Assembly: GCA_038124565.1 (NCBI GenBank)
Contig: JAYPCE010000003.1
Location: forward strand, 5,910 to 69,909
Direction of reading: 5' to 3'
DNA: 64,000 nt
DNA from: Poseidonia sp.
Lineage (GTDB): Archaea; Thermoplasmatota; Poseidoniia; Poseidoniales; Poseidoniaceae
The translations under genes and the position numbers were made by a program. The notes below the pieces were generated by a model that searched no databases, was not told where the DNA came from, and was given only the letters and a program-made list of their open reading frames with translations. Below, piece by piece: positions 39,707 through 48,922 of this stretch (position 1 is its first letter; each line of letters begins with the position of its first letter).

Positions 39707-41218
39707 TTACCGGTTCAAGCCCCTTCGTTGATGAAGAATGGATGACAGCAAAACGACCGAGGCGAGCATCACCATGGAGATGGAGGGGGTTGTTTCTGCT
39801 TTGTAGCCACCTAACTGCTCCTTTTCCAACAGTTCCCTGATGTCCGAAGCGACATCTTCGGGTTTCCAGTCGTCTCCGGCCCAAGCAACAACTGGTTCAC
39901 GAGCAGGGTTGAGAATGTATGTGATGGTCGAATGCCCAACCGTGTAGTCCTCGGTTGTTTCGTTGACACAGGTCAACTGGTCCCCATCGTCCCAACCATA
40001 GCCAGCATCGCACATGCAGTGTTTGGCGTCGCCCGTGCCCATGTACCATCCGTGGCCGTTGCAAACGAAGTCATCAGATTCTGTGTGGAGAGGACGGGGA
40101 AGATCGCTAACATTCGTGGATGATGGAGCCCACAACAGATGATGCGGTTCGATGAAGTCATCCATACCAACGGCCGAACTTTCCCAACCAGCAGACGTTT
40201 CATTCCAAGCATAGAGGTTCCACCACCAAGCGTAGTCTTCGGGGGCGCTTTGGTTGTTGATGGAAGACAGGTAGTGGCCATAGGTTGAATCCTCCACACT
40301 CACATTCATGCCAGCAGCCTTGGCCACCCCCTCTGTGAGGTGGTAGGCAGAAAACACCTCAATACCCGTCGTTTCGACCGTCTGGTTTGGCCACATCACC
40401 ATCATCGACAGCGCCATGTCAGTGTTGGGTGCGGGCAGGATGGAACGGTTCCCATCCGATGCCATCCATGCAAGATGTCGTTGCTCAAGTGAATCGATGT
40501 CGTCCATGCCCACATCGGAAGGCGACCATGTTTGAGAACTCGCGTTCCAAAGGTTGAGTTCCCAGTACCACGACCAGTCTGAAGGTGAGTCCACACCTTG
40601 AATTCCGTGCAGCATCGTTCCGTATTCGCTGGTTGATGTGTTGAGTGACCACCCTGCATGTTCCGCTAACATCTCGGTTGCTGTGGTGCCGTCCAACGCA
40701 AACATGTGTTGACTGCTCGTGTTGTCAAGGTTGACCACCGTTAACGAGGCTTCAGCCGGTTGGTAGGCCATGGTATGGGCGTCAATGACGGCTTTTTGAA
40801 CGACAAGGCCAAAGGTGGCCCACACCGGCTCAAGTTCTTCGAGGCTACCCGTAAGGTGAGGCCATGAGGCTCCGTGTCGCTCGGCGTACTCCAACAGCAC
40901 CTCGGGTGTATCGTATTCAGGGTCCACGCTGATGGACAGGAAGGTGACATCTGCAAGCTCACGTTCAGACAGCGCGCTCTCAACACTGAGGAGTGATTGT
41001 GTGATGACGGGGCAGACATCGGGGCAGCGGGTAAACATGAACGAAACGACGACCACACCTTCGCTCTCATCGTCAAAGTCGTATGGGTTCCCAGAGTGGT
41101 CAGTCAATGAGAAATCATCGATAGGCCCTCGCGCAAGTTTGCTGCCTGTGAAGGCGGAGACGGGTGCAATCAGCACCAACGAAACCACGATGAGCAGGAC
41201 AAATCGGTCCCATCGCAT
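39707..41218 (-). CDS. SCO1/SenC copper chaperone with inserted DUF4430-like x2 and EGF-like domains
   Basis: FSLTD, FTRCPDVCP and SVDPEYDTPEVL, with the distal YTVGHS His ligand. Last gene of the cox operon. Confidence 0.88.
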   Translation of the reverse strand: MRWDRFVLLIVVSLVLIAPVSAFTGSKLARGPIDDFSLTDHSGNPYDFDDESEGVVVVSFMFTRCPDVCPVITQSLLSVESALSERELADVTFLSISVDPEYDTPEVLLEYAERHGASWPHLTGSLEELEPVWATFGLVVQKAVIDAHTMAYQPAEASLTVVNLDNTSSQHMFALDGTTATEMLAEHAGWSLNTSTSEYGTMLHGIQGVDSPSDWSWYWELNLWNASSQTWSPSDVGMDDIDSLEQRHLAWMASDGNRSILPAPNTDMALSMMVMWPNQTVETTGIEVFSAYHLTEGVAKAAGMNVSVEDSTYGHYLSSINNQSAPEDYAWWWNLYAWNETSAGWESSAVGMDDFIEPHHLLWAPSSTNVSDLPRPLHTESDDFVCNGHGWYMGTGDAKHCMCDAGYGWDDGDQLTCVNETTEDYTVGHSTITYILNPAREPVVAWAGDDWKPEDVASDIRELLEKEQLGGYKAETTPSISMVMLASVVLLSSILHQRRGLNR

Positions 41219-41230
41219 GGCTGACCGTCC

Positions 41231-41602
41231 TCAGCGAGTGGTGGCGTAGTCCCAGTTTGGCATGCACCATGAAGGCAAATCCGTGACCGCACCAGGGTTG
41301 GACAGGCCGATACCCCAGAGCATCAACAGCACGAAGACAACGGGGAAGAGGGCCGTCCATGTGAACACACGCGGGTCGCCTTTCAAGTGCATGAAATAGG
41401 CTGCGATGCCGTAGCCTTTGACGATACCCACGCCAATGAGGATGGCCCAGACCACGGTCAGTTCTATACCTTGAACGAAGACGGCACCGACCTCAAACAG
41501 CGTGAAAATCATCAAAATGACGAAGTTCCAAAAGTAGATGTCTTTGCCGAACCGGCCGTCAAAAATGCTCTCAAAAATACCGGATGTTTCGTGTTCTCCC
41601 AT
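41231..41602 (-). CDS. Cytochrome c oxidase subunit IV (CtaF-like)
   Basis: LMIFTLFEV and VK...IAAYFMHLK motifs, three TM helices, located in the cox operon. Confidence 0.85.
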   Translation of the reverse strand: MGEHETSGIFESIFDGRFGKDIYFWNFVILMIFTLFEVGAVFVQGIELTVVWAILIGVGIVKGYGIAAYFMHLKGDPRVFTWTALFPVVFVLLMLWGIGLSNPGAVTDLPSWCMPNWDYATTR

Positions 41603-41611
41603 GTTCTCACC

Positions 41612-42955
41612 TCAATACAGATAGAAGGCTGGGAAGATGACCACCCAAGCCAAGTCAACAAAGTGCCAGTACAAGCCAAAGTACTCAATGCCTTGTCCAT
41701 TCTTGTCGTCAAAGCCAACCGTGTCGGCCTTGAAGATCAGATAGAGCATAACCAGAAGCCCGATGAACACGTGCAAGCCGTGAGCCCCGGTAGCGATGTA
41801 GAAGATGGAACCGGATTGTGTACCGATGGTGAAACCTTCTGCGACCAAATGACTCCACTCAATCAATTTCAAAACGATAAACGTGGAACCCAGCAAGAAG
41901 GTTGCAATCAGGTAGTTTCGCACGGCCGCTTTTTGCGTTGGCAGGAGTTTTCCGAGCAGACCTTGCGGAGCCACCCAGTCTTTGCTGTGAGCGGTCTTCA
42001 GTGCTAGCACAATGGTGTAGGACGAAATGATGAGCGCAAAGGTGTTGATGGCGCCTGGAAGCAAGGTCATGAAGTCGCCTTGTCCACCAAGACCATCGAG
42101 AGTTGCCCCGCCTGGTCGCAGGAAATCCGAGGCCGTTAGCATCGTGACTTCCTCGCAATTTCCAGCCTCAACCTGCCATCCTGTACACCATTCGGTACGC
42201 ATTCGCAGGTAGGATGAGAAGAAGGTGGCGAAGACCATCACCTCAGACATGATGAACACCCAGAGACCGGCTTTCCGGATGTGTTGGCCTGTGAAGGGCT
42301 CCGAGGTAGCAATCTGTTCATGGTTGCCAATGAATGGGAGGTCTTCGCGCCACCAGTTGGCCACACCGGCCACGATGACAAACAAGCCCAGCATGCTCAA
42401 TCCAAGGTCACCCAAATCAGCGTCAACGCCAGAGAGCATGTTGCCCAAGGTGGCTTGGAAAGAGGGGAAGCCCATCAGGAACAGCATAATCCCGAGTGCG
42501 AAAATAATCGGAGAACCCGAACCATGATGTTCGTGGTCGTCGCCTCCGTATCCGTGACTGTCGTGCCCGCTTTCCTCCGGGAAAATCGAGTTGAGGAAAC
42601 CACCCAAGCCAATGAACGATGCATAGGTGATGCACATGAGCAGGATGGTGATGCCCGCTGTACGGTAGGTGAGGTACGACAGGTGTGCCTCTACCTCATG
42701 GTAGTGCGCTTCTTCCTTCGCCTCTTTGAGTTTCTTAACCGTGTCATTAGAGGCGCCAGCGGCTTTGGCTTCCTCATATTCCAGTTTGGCGTCTTCGTAG
42801 TCATGGACGGCTTCCTCGTAATCGTGGTGCTTCATGTTGGCCACACCAACGCCCATGGTTGCAAAAGCAAGCAGGCCGATGGTAAGGAACAGACCGCCCA
42901 TCAAGACGGCGCGCATCCAAATGCTGTTCTCGACGTGTGCTTCTCCGCCACTCAT
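41612..42955 (-). CDS. coxC: Cytochrome c oxidase subunit III with N-terminal extension
   Basis: GLWVFIMSEVMVF, NTFALIISS, TGAHGLHV and GLYWHFVDLAW. Confidence 0.93.
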   Translation of the reverse strand: MSGGEAHVENSIWMRAVLMGGLFLTIGLLAFATMGVGVANMKHHDYEEAVHDYEDAKLEYEEAKAAGASNDTVKKLKEAKEEAHYHEVEAHLSYLTYRTAGITILLMCITYASFIGLGGFLNSIFPEESGHDSHGYGGDDHEHHGSGSPIIFALGIMLFLMGFPSFQATLGNMLSGVDADLGDLGLSMLGLFVIVAGVANWWREDLPFIGNHEQIATSEPFTGQHIRKAGLWVFIMSEVMVFATFFSSYLRMRTEWCTGWQVEAGNCEEVTMLTASDFLRPGGATLDGLGGQGDFMTLLPGAINTFALIISSYTIVLALKTAHSKDWVAPQGLLGKLLPTQKAAVRNYLIATFLLGSTFIVLKLIEWSHLVAEGFTIGTQSGSIFYIATGAHGLHVFIGLLVMLYLIFKADTVGFDDKNGQGIEYFGLYWHFVDLAWVVIFPAFYLY

Positions 42956-45282
42956 TCTTCTCCCTCCATTGAACCAACCATCACGGCCTTCGGCTCGGCT
43001 TTGACCAGTTTATCGATGAGTGAGGGTTTGTCTTTGTGGTGGCCGAAGGCCTCGTTCTTATCGTGTTGGGTGGGGATATCGTGGAACGACGGCGTTGGTG
43101 GTGGTGAAGTGGTGGACCACTCCAATGACCATCCGCCCCAGGGGTCTTTGCCTACAGGGTCGCCACGTCGTGCGGAGTAGATGATGTTCCAGACCAACAA
43201 CAACTGACTGATGCCGAAGATGAAGGCAAAGGTGGACACCGCCATGTTGTACTCAGCAAAGCCAGACTCGATGGTGTAGGTGTGGGTTCGTCGTGGCATG
43301 CCCATGATGCCGAGGGCGTGCATCGGCCAGAAGGCAGCGTTGTAGGAAGCGAACCCGATGAGGAAGTGCCACAAGCCGAGTGTTTCGTTCAGCTTTCGAC
43401 CGGTAGCCTTGGGGTACCAGTAATAGATGGCGGAGAACAGAGCGAAGACGGTACCGCCAATGAACACATAGTGGAAGTGAGCGACGACGAAGTAGGAATC
43501 GTGGAAGTGGATGTCAAGCCCTGCAACGGGGAAGAACATCCCCGAAATTCCGCCGAGCGTGAAGGTCACGAGGAAGCCAAGCGACCAAAGCGTGTGGGTC
43601 TTCATGACCAACGAGCCACCCCAGAGCGTGGCCAGCCAGTTGAAGATTTTCGCACCGGTGGGGATGGCCACCAGCATCGTGGTGATCATGAAGGCAGCAC
43701 GCCAGAACGGGTCCATACCAGAGGTCAACATGTGGTGGCCCCAGACGATGAAGCCAACGATACCGATTCCCGCCATGGCGATGACCATTGATTTGTAACC
43801 AAAGATGGAGCGACGAGCCGAGGTGGCCAGCACTTCAGAGACGATACCAAAGGCTGGTACGATGACCACATACACTTCAGGATGGCCGAAGAACCAGAAC
43901 AGGTGCTGGAACAGCAACGGGTCACCTCCAGCGACGAAGAATTGGGTGCCAATCGTGTGGTCAAAGAGCAGGAAGGCCACACCGATGATGAGGGCGGGCA
44001 AGGACATGAAGAGCATGAACACGCTGATGAAGACCGACCACGAGAACAAGGGCATCTTCATCCAGGTCACGCCGGGTGCACGCATGGTGAACACCGTGGT
44101 GATGAAGTTCACACCACCCAAGGTCGACGAGGCACCGAGCATCACCATGCCTGAAATGAAGGCCGTGGTTCCGGCGTTTGAACCGTAATCGGCCAAGGTC
44201 GAACCCAAGTTGGCTTCAGTCAAGGAGGAATACGGCGGGTACATGACCCACGTGATGTCAGCACCTTGACCGGACCAGATGCCAGTAAAGATGAGCGGTG
44301 CGGAGAACACCAGCAACCAAAGACCCATGGCGTTGATTCGGGGGAAAGCCAAGTCCTTGGCTCCGATTTGCAACGGCAAGACGTAATTCATGAAGCCAGC
44401 AATCATCGGCATGGCGGCCAAGAAAATCATCGTGGTGCCGTGCAGGGTGAAGAAGGAGTTGTACTCGTCGTAGGTGAGGAAGTCGTTCTCTGGAAGCGCC
44501 AGTTGGATACGGAACAGAAGAGCCAAGAGACCACCGACAAGGAAAAAGAAGAATCCGAAGAGGAAGTACATGATACCGACTTCCTTGTGGTCGGTGGTGG
44601 TCAACCAAGGTTTCAAGAAACTCCAGAAGCGTTCCATGGTGAAGGTCTCGGGTGAGCGTCGATAAAACACCCAGAGGACGCCAACGAAGATGAGACCGGC
44701 GGCCAGACCGATGGAGGTAAGGAAGATGATGAGGGCACTTGCACTTGGTGCAACGGCGCCTGCATTGATGCCAGCGATGCTAGCTGTTGCCACGTTCCAG
44801 TGGTCGCCACCGGCTCCGTTGCCACCGTTCACAGCGTTGCCGTATACGGTCATCTCAACGTTGAGGTCGTCAGCGGCTGGAGCGGTCCATTCAAAGGTCC
44901 ACGAACGAACCGTGTTGGCATCGACGGTGTGGGTGAGCCCTCCATCCATCGTTTGGCTGAGTGTCTCGGGGACTGCCGTCACTTCGCCGTGGGAAACCAA
45001 AATTCGGAATCCACCAGCACGACCGTTCCAATCTGCGCCACCGTCGTCCCAAAGGGCCATGTCATCGTTGACAACGGTGACGGTGAAGGTGTAGGTTTCG
45101 CTGGCGTTGTAGGTTGAGGGCAATCCGTCGATCAACACGGTGGTGTCGGGCGAGGCTCCGCCGTGACAGGTACAACCTTGGTCACCAGCAGAACCGATAC
45201 CGCCAGGTGCCGCTGTGAATTGTGGAGCAGCCATCAATGAGAGCATCAGGAGGCCGAGCAACAGGGTGAATCGCCCTCGCAT
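42952..45282 (-). CDS. coxA: Heme-copper oxidase subunit I (A1 type) fused to an N-terminal Reeler-like domain
   Basis: TTDHKEVG, HGTTMIF, DLAFPRIN, FWFFGHPEVY (A1 signature), WGHHM, AHFHYV and GMPRR. Confidence 0.96.
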   Translation of the reverse strand: MRGRFTLLLGLLMLSLMAAPQFTAAPGGIGSAGDQGCTCHGGASPDTTVLIDGLPSTYNASETYTFTVTVVNDDMALWDDGGADWNGRAGGFRILVSHGEVTAVPETLSQTMDGGLTHTVDANTVRSWTFEWTAPAADDLNVEMTVYGNAVNGGNGAGGDHWNVATASIAGINAGAVAPSASALIIFLTSIGLAAGLIFVGVLWVFYRRSPETFTMERFWSFLKPWLTTTDHKEVGIMYFLFGFFFFLVGGLLALLFRIQLALPENDFLTYDEYNSFFTLHGTTMIFLAAMPMIAGFMNYVLPLQIGAKDLAFPRINAMGLWLLVFSAPLIFTGIWSGQGADITWVMYPPYSSLTEANLGSTLADYGSNAGTTAFISGMVMLGASSTLGGVNFITTVFTMRAPGVTWMKMPLFSWSVFISVFMLFMSLPALIIGVAFLLFDHTIGTQFFVAGGDPLLFQHLFWFFGHPEVYVVIVPAFGIVSEVLATSARRSIFGYKSMVIAMAGIGIVGFIVWGHHMLTSGMDPFWRAAFMITTMLVAIPTGAKIFNWLATLWGGSLVMKTHTLWSLGFLVTFTLGGISGMFFPVAGLDIHFHDSYFVVAHFHYVFIGGTVFALFSAIYYWYPKATGRKLNETLGLWHFLIGFASYNAAFWPMHALGIMGMPRRTHTYTIESGFAEYNMAVSTFAFIFGISQLLLVWNIIYSARRGDPVGKDPWGGWSLEWSTTSPPPTPSFHDIPTQHDKNEAFGHHKDKPSLIDKLVKAEPKAVMVGSMEGEE

Positions 45283-46277
45283 CAATAATCACCTCCATGG
45301 CTATCGTCGCTGGATTTCTTGACACCGGTGTCAACCGAGCAATCCAAGCCTTCGGAAGCGACAATCTTCACCTGGCCGTACATCATGGAATGTTGATTTC
45401 CGCAATATTCAGCGCAGCGAATAGGGAATGTGCCGGGCTCATCAGCCATGATCGTCATGTATGTGCCGGATTCCAAACCAGGCACAAGGTCCTCTTTCAC
45501 ACCCCATTCTGGCAGCCAAAAAGAGTGTTGAACACCGATGTAGTTGGGGTTAGAATCGTCAGAAGGTCTGGAATGCATCTCGAAGATGACCTCTTCGTCA
45601 CAGGGCAAAATCATGTCTTCGCCAAGCGCAGAAGAGAACACATGGTTGACAGGGATGTGCATCCAAGTGTGGAGAACATTACCGTCACCATCGGTGACTT
45701 CAACGGTTGAGAGCAAATAGGGATTGAAGGTCAAGGGCTCCATGCCCTCTCCGAAATTCAAAGGTGATGGGTCATAACTGTCAACACCTTGTGTGATGGA
45801 ATAATTCACTGCGTCTGGGTTGGTGCTGGCGATGGTCATGGTTGTGCCGCTCCAGTTCACATCGATGTTGGTGAGGGCCGGGTCGTCTTCCCAGGTCAGG
45901 CTGTCGGTGTATTTGAATTCCCAAAACCACTGTTTGCCGATGATTTCCATGTGGTGAGCCTCCTCGTCGTTGGGGTCGATTTGCCAGACCGCTGTGTTGG
46001 AGGCTAAGGCCAGAACAACCAGCCAAGCCACGATGAGGGTGGGCAAAATGTAGAACATCACTTCAACAGGCGTGTTGTGCCGGTCAACTGGAAACGACCC
46101 AACTTCAATGTGGTCAAGATGAGTGGTGTCGGGTTCAACACCGTCACGGTAGCGCAAAATGGCCAAAAACATCCAGCCAAAGGTGAAAATTCCAACCAGA
46201 ATGGACCAAAACATGAACTTGTCATAGAGGACAGAGAATACCGTGTCTTCTGCTACCACACAACCACCCTGTTTCAC
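45282..46277 (-). CDS. coxB: Cytochrome c oxidase subunit II (CuA)
   Basis: Two TM helices, GKQWFWEFKY, VQHSFW and the CuA motif CAEYCGNQHSMM. Start is approximate. Confidence 0.95.
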   Translation of the reverse strand: MKQGGCVVAEDTVFSVLYDKFMFWSILVGIFTFGWMFLAILRYRDGVEPDTTHLDHIEVGSFPVDRHNTPVEVMFYILPTLIVAWLVVLALASNTAVWQIDPNDEEAHHMEIIGKQWFWEFKYTDSLTWEDDPALTNIDVNWSGTTMTIASTNPDAVNYSITQGVDSYDPSPLNFGEGMEPLTFNPYLLSTVEVTDGDGNVLHTWMHIPVNHVFSSALGEDMILPCDEEVIFEMHSRPSDDSNPNYIGVQHSFWLPEWGVKEDLVPGLESGTYMTIMADEPGTFPIRCAEYCGNQHSMMYGQVKIVASEGLDCSVDTGVKKSSDDSHGGDY

Positions 46278-46475
46278 CGGCCGTGTAGCCCCCCCTTAAG
46301 CGTTTGTTGGGGGGGGTTAGAACCGTGGTCTGTTTCCCTTTTGAGGCCGGGTTGCAGGCAGGTCTCCGTTTTGCAATTGAATTGATATGAAAAGCCGCGA
46401 AGACCGTACAATTCAGGGCAAATTTTCAATCATTGAGGCGATGAATCATCAACCCCCCCAGCGCTCAAAGCCATC

Positions 46476-46799
46476 ATGGGATTCAGCGGTTGCCTGTCGC
46501 CCACCTTGGACGGTGCGGTTGTGATGGCCATTGAAGTCCAACCGGGTGCAAGCCGTCAAGGCATCGTCGGTTTCAACACATGGCGGGACCGTCTCAGTGT
46601 GGCGGTCAAGGCCGAAGCCAAAGGTGGACAGGCGAACCTCGCCGTTCTCCATGTGCTGGCACATCAATTGAATCACGATGTTGCCTTTCTCTCCATTGTC
46701 GCCGGGCAGACGTCTCGGCGAAAATCAGTCAGAATTGAACAGGCGGCTCTGCACGAATTGATGGAATTGCTGGAACGCTTGCTGGAGGGCTCCACATGA
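46476..46799 (+). CDS. DUF167/YggU family protein
   Basis: VQPGAS, GQAN and IVAGQTSRRK motifs. Confidence 0.85.
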   Translation: MGFSGCLSPTLDGAVVMAIEVQPGASRQGIVGFNTWRDRLSVAVKAEAKGGQANLAVLHVLAHQLNHDVAFLSIVAGQTSRRKSVRIEQAALHELMELLERLLEGST

Positions 46800-47317
46800 G
46801 TGCATCGTTTCATGGGCCTGGCCGAGGTTCATCAAATGCAGAGGAACGCTGGCATAAAGCAGCACAGGCCTTGTCTCAAGCAAGGCAGCGAAATCGAGAT
46901 GCCGATGCCGCGGTGTTGGTAGAGGGTCGCAAGGACCGAACGGCTCTGGAACGGCTGGGGTTCACCGGTCCAATAGAAGTGCTCAACCGAGGATGGCCCG
47001 TGGACGATGTGTTGGTGCATCTTGTGGAGCACTACGGCCGAACCAGTGAGGTGGACAACGGCCCAAGTCTTGTGTTGTTGATGGATTGGGACCGAACGGG
47101 TGGAAGGCTGCAAGCGCAATGTCGTCGAAATCTTGAGTCCCTTGATGTTCGTTTTGATGAATCCTTACGGTCAACCTTGGTCGTTTGCCTGAAGCCAGAA
47201 ACTCGGGTGGTGGAGGGCTTGTCTGGCTTGGCAGAAGTGTTACGTCCGCTCGTTGACCTTTACGATCCGATGCCACCCAGCGAAGTCAACCCAGCGAGGG
47301 AAACGCGTCTTCCTTGA
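46796..47317 (+). CDS. Small Toprim-domain protein
   Basis: VLVEGRKDRTAL and LMDWDRTG Toprim motifs. ATGA overlap with the upstream gene. Confidence 0.85.
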   Translation: MSASFHGPGRGSSNAEERWHKAAQALSQARQRNRDADAAVLVEGRKDRTALERLGFTGPIEVLNRGWPVDDVLVHLVEHYGRTSEVDNGPSLVLLMDWDRTGGRLQAQCRRNLESLDVRFDESLRSTLVVCLKPETRVVEGLSGLAEVLRPLVDLYDPMPPSEVNPARETRLP

Positions 47318-47735
47318 CCGTGTTGAGCACCACATGGGTATAGGAGCGTGCGACTCCATCAAGGGTGAACACGGTTTTGGTGAGGTTGTCGAGGTCGTCT
47401 CGGTCCTTGACCCGGGCGAGAACGATGGAATCCCAATCCCCCGTGACATCGTAAACGGCAAACACACGGGGGTCGGCGGCGATTTTTTGCTGAACATCGA
47501 TCATCCGCCCTTTGACAATTCTCAATCCCGCCATAATGGTCATGTTCCAGCCAAGGTGTTCGGGATTGAGGTCCACGCGATACCCTTCAATCACGCCCTC
47601 TTCTTCCAGTCTTCGCAGGCGATTGGTCACCGTTCCTTGAGCAAGGCCGAGCGTTCGGGCCAGTTGTCGATGACTGGCTCTGGCGTCTTCCTTCAACAAC
47701 TTCAACAAGGCGACATCGGTGTCGTCTAAGTCCAT
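47286..47735 (-). CDS. Lrp/AsnC family transcription regulator
   Basis: LDDTDVALLKLLKEDAR HTH, RLEEEGVI and VTGDWD. Confidence 0.93.
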   Translation of the reverse strand: MDLDDTDVALLKLLKEDARASHRQLARTLGLAQGTVTNRLRRLEEEGVIEGYRVDLNPEHLGWNMTIMAGLRIVKGRMIDVQQKIAADPRVFAVYDVTGDWDSIVLARVKDRDDLDNLTKTVFTLDGVARSYTHVVLNTVKEDAFPSLG

Positions 47736-47770
47736 GAATGTCCCACGGGGGGCTCAATGCTTTCAAGCCT

Positions 47771-48922
47771 TCATTCCTCTTCTTTGGCCGCTGACCGCGG
47801 AGGAAGTGATTGAGGTGCAGAGAGCCAAACATGTTGTCGCCAACCCCCCATCCCCTCCACTTCAATCGCCATTTCAAGGTGACATTCGTGGTCGCATGGT
47901 TGCTTGAAATTCACCGTAAGTTCAGCCTCTTGATGGGCCGACATCACACGTTTGGGCGGGCGGCCTTTGAACTGCCAAGGCTCTCGAACCTCCCAACCGA
48001 CGATTGAAAAACCGACATTTCCAGCCGTTGCCATCAACAAGACCTGGTCACCAACCTCGTTGTTCCAACGTGCGTGCAGTGAAGGAATGGTCCGTTCTCG
48101 CGACCGCATAGCAGCGACGCTTGCGCCCAAGAGAACAGCGGCCAAAGCCGTCAACACCACCGGTGCCCAGGCTTCGCCGGGGGCCAATTCCATGAGCGGA
48201 GAAGGCAAGCGGTCGTGCTTGAGAACCAACAATTCAGACGATGTCGTCTGTTCTTTACCACCGAAAACGGCGACGGTGTAGGACCACCCCGTCGGTTGCT
48301 TCGTGAGGTCAACACCTGCGGCTGAAAGATGGTCGGCCGAAAGCAGAGCCGTCAACGAGGTGGTGTTGTTGGCCTTCAAAGAGAAGCCAACCTCTGGCCG
48401 TAATTCTCGCACCAGATGCGTTGTATGGCGTGCGTGCTGGTCAACTGCCCTATCTTCGGTGAGGACCACCTGAATGATGGTTTGGTTGGACAAATTCACG
48501 AGAGGTGTGACTTCAAGTTCAAACACGATGAAACGGAGGTTGTTATCGGCGGCAACGATGTTGACCTCCCCTTCAACCCGTAGCAGGTTGTCTTCGTTTC
48601 GTTGATGGTGCCGAACCACGCCATGGTCGCCACCATCGCTTGAAGAGAGGTTGAACCGCGGTCGGCGATAGAGCGCATCATCATCGGGCCAAGTGGAACC
48701 GGTTTCATCGCTCCATGACCACCATGTCCAAACGACATCGTTCTCACCGATGTCAAACGAAGTGTGACTGAGGTTTCGGGACACAAAGACCTCATGCAGG
48801 GATGGGGCTTGTTGCGTGGGCAGGTCGGACCGAGCGTGAATCTTCCATGTTTCCTCCGCTTTAACGAGGTTGGGCAACGTGAGCACCAGCACCACCAACC
48901 CGAAGCAAACCACCCGCTTCAT
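47771..48922 (-). CDS. Hypothetical membrane-anchored protein
   Basis: Signal peptide MKRVVCFGLVVLVL, an Ig-like segment (VVLTED...HLVRE) and an internal TM. ATGA overlap with the upstream stop. Confidence 0.65.
   Translation of the reverse strand: MKRVVCFGLVVLVLTLPNLVKAEETWKIHARSDLPTQQAPSLHEVFVSRNLSHTSFDIGENDVVWTWWSWSDETGSTWPDDDALYRRPRFNLSSSDGGDHGVVRHHQRNEDNLLRVEGEVNIVAADNNLRFIVFELEVTPLVNLSNQTIIQVVLTEDRAVDQHARHTTHLVRELRPEVGFSLKANNTTSLTALLSADHLSAAGVDLTKQPTGWSYTVAVFGGKEQTTSSELLVLKHDRLPSPLMELAPGEAWAPVVLTALAAVLLGASVAAMRSRERTIPSLHARWNNEVGDQVLLMATAGNVGFSIVGWEVREPWQFKGRPPKRVMSAHQEAELTVNFKQPCDHECHLEMAIEVEGMGGWRQHVWLSAPQSLPPRSAAKEEE

Noticed and set aside
45160..45180. Canonical c-type cytochrome in CoxI
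   Set aside because: The motif is CxCH, not CxxCH, so heme c attachment cannot be asserted.
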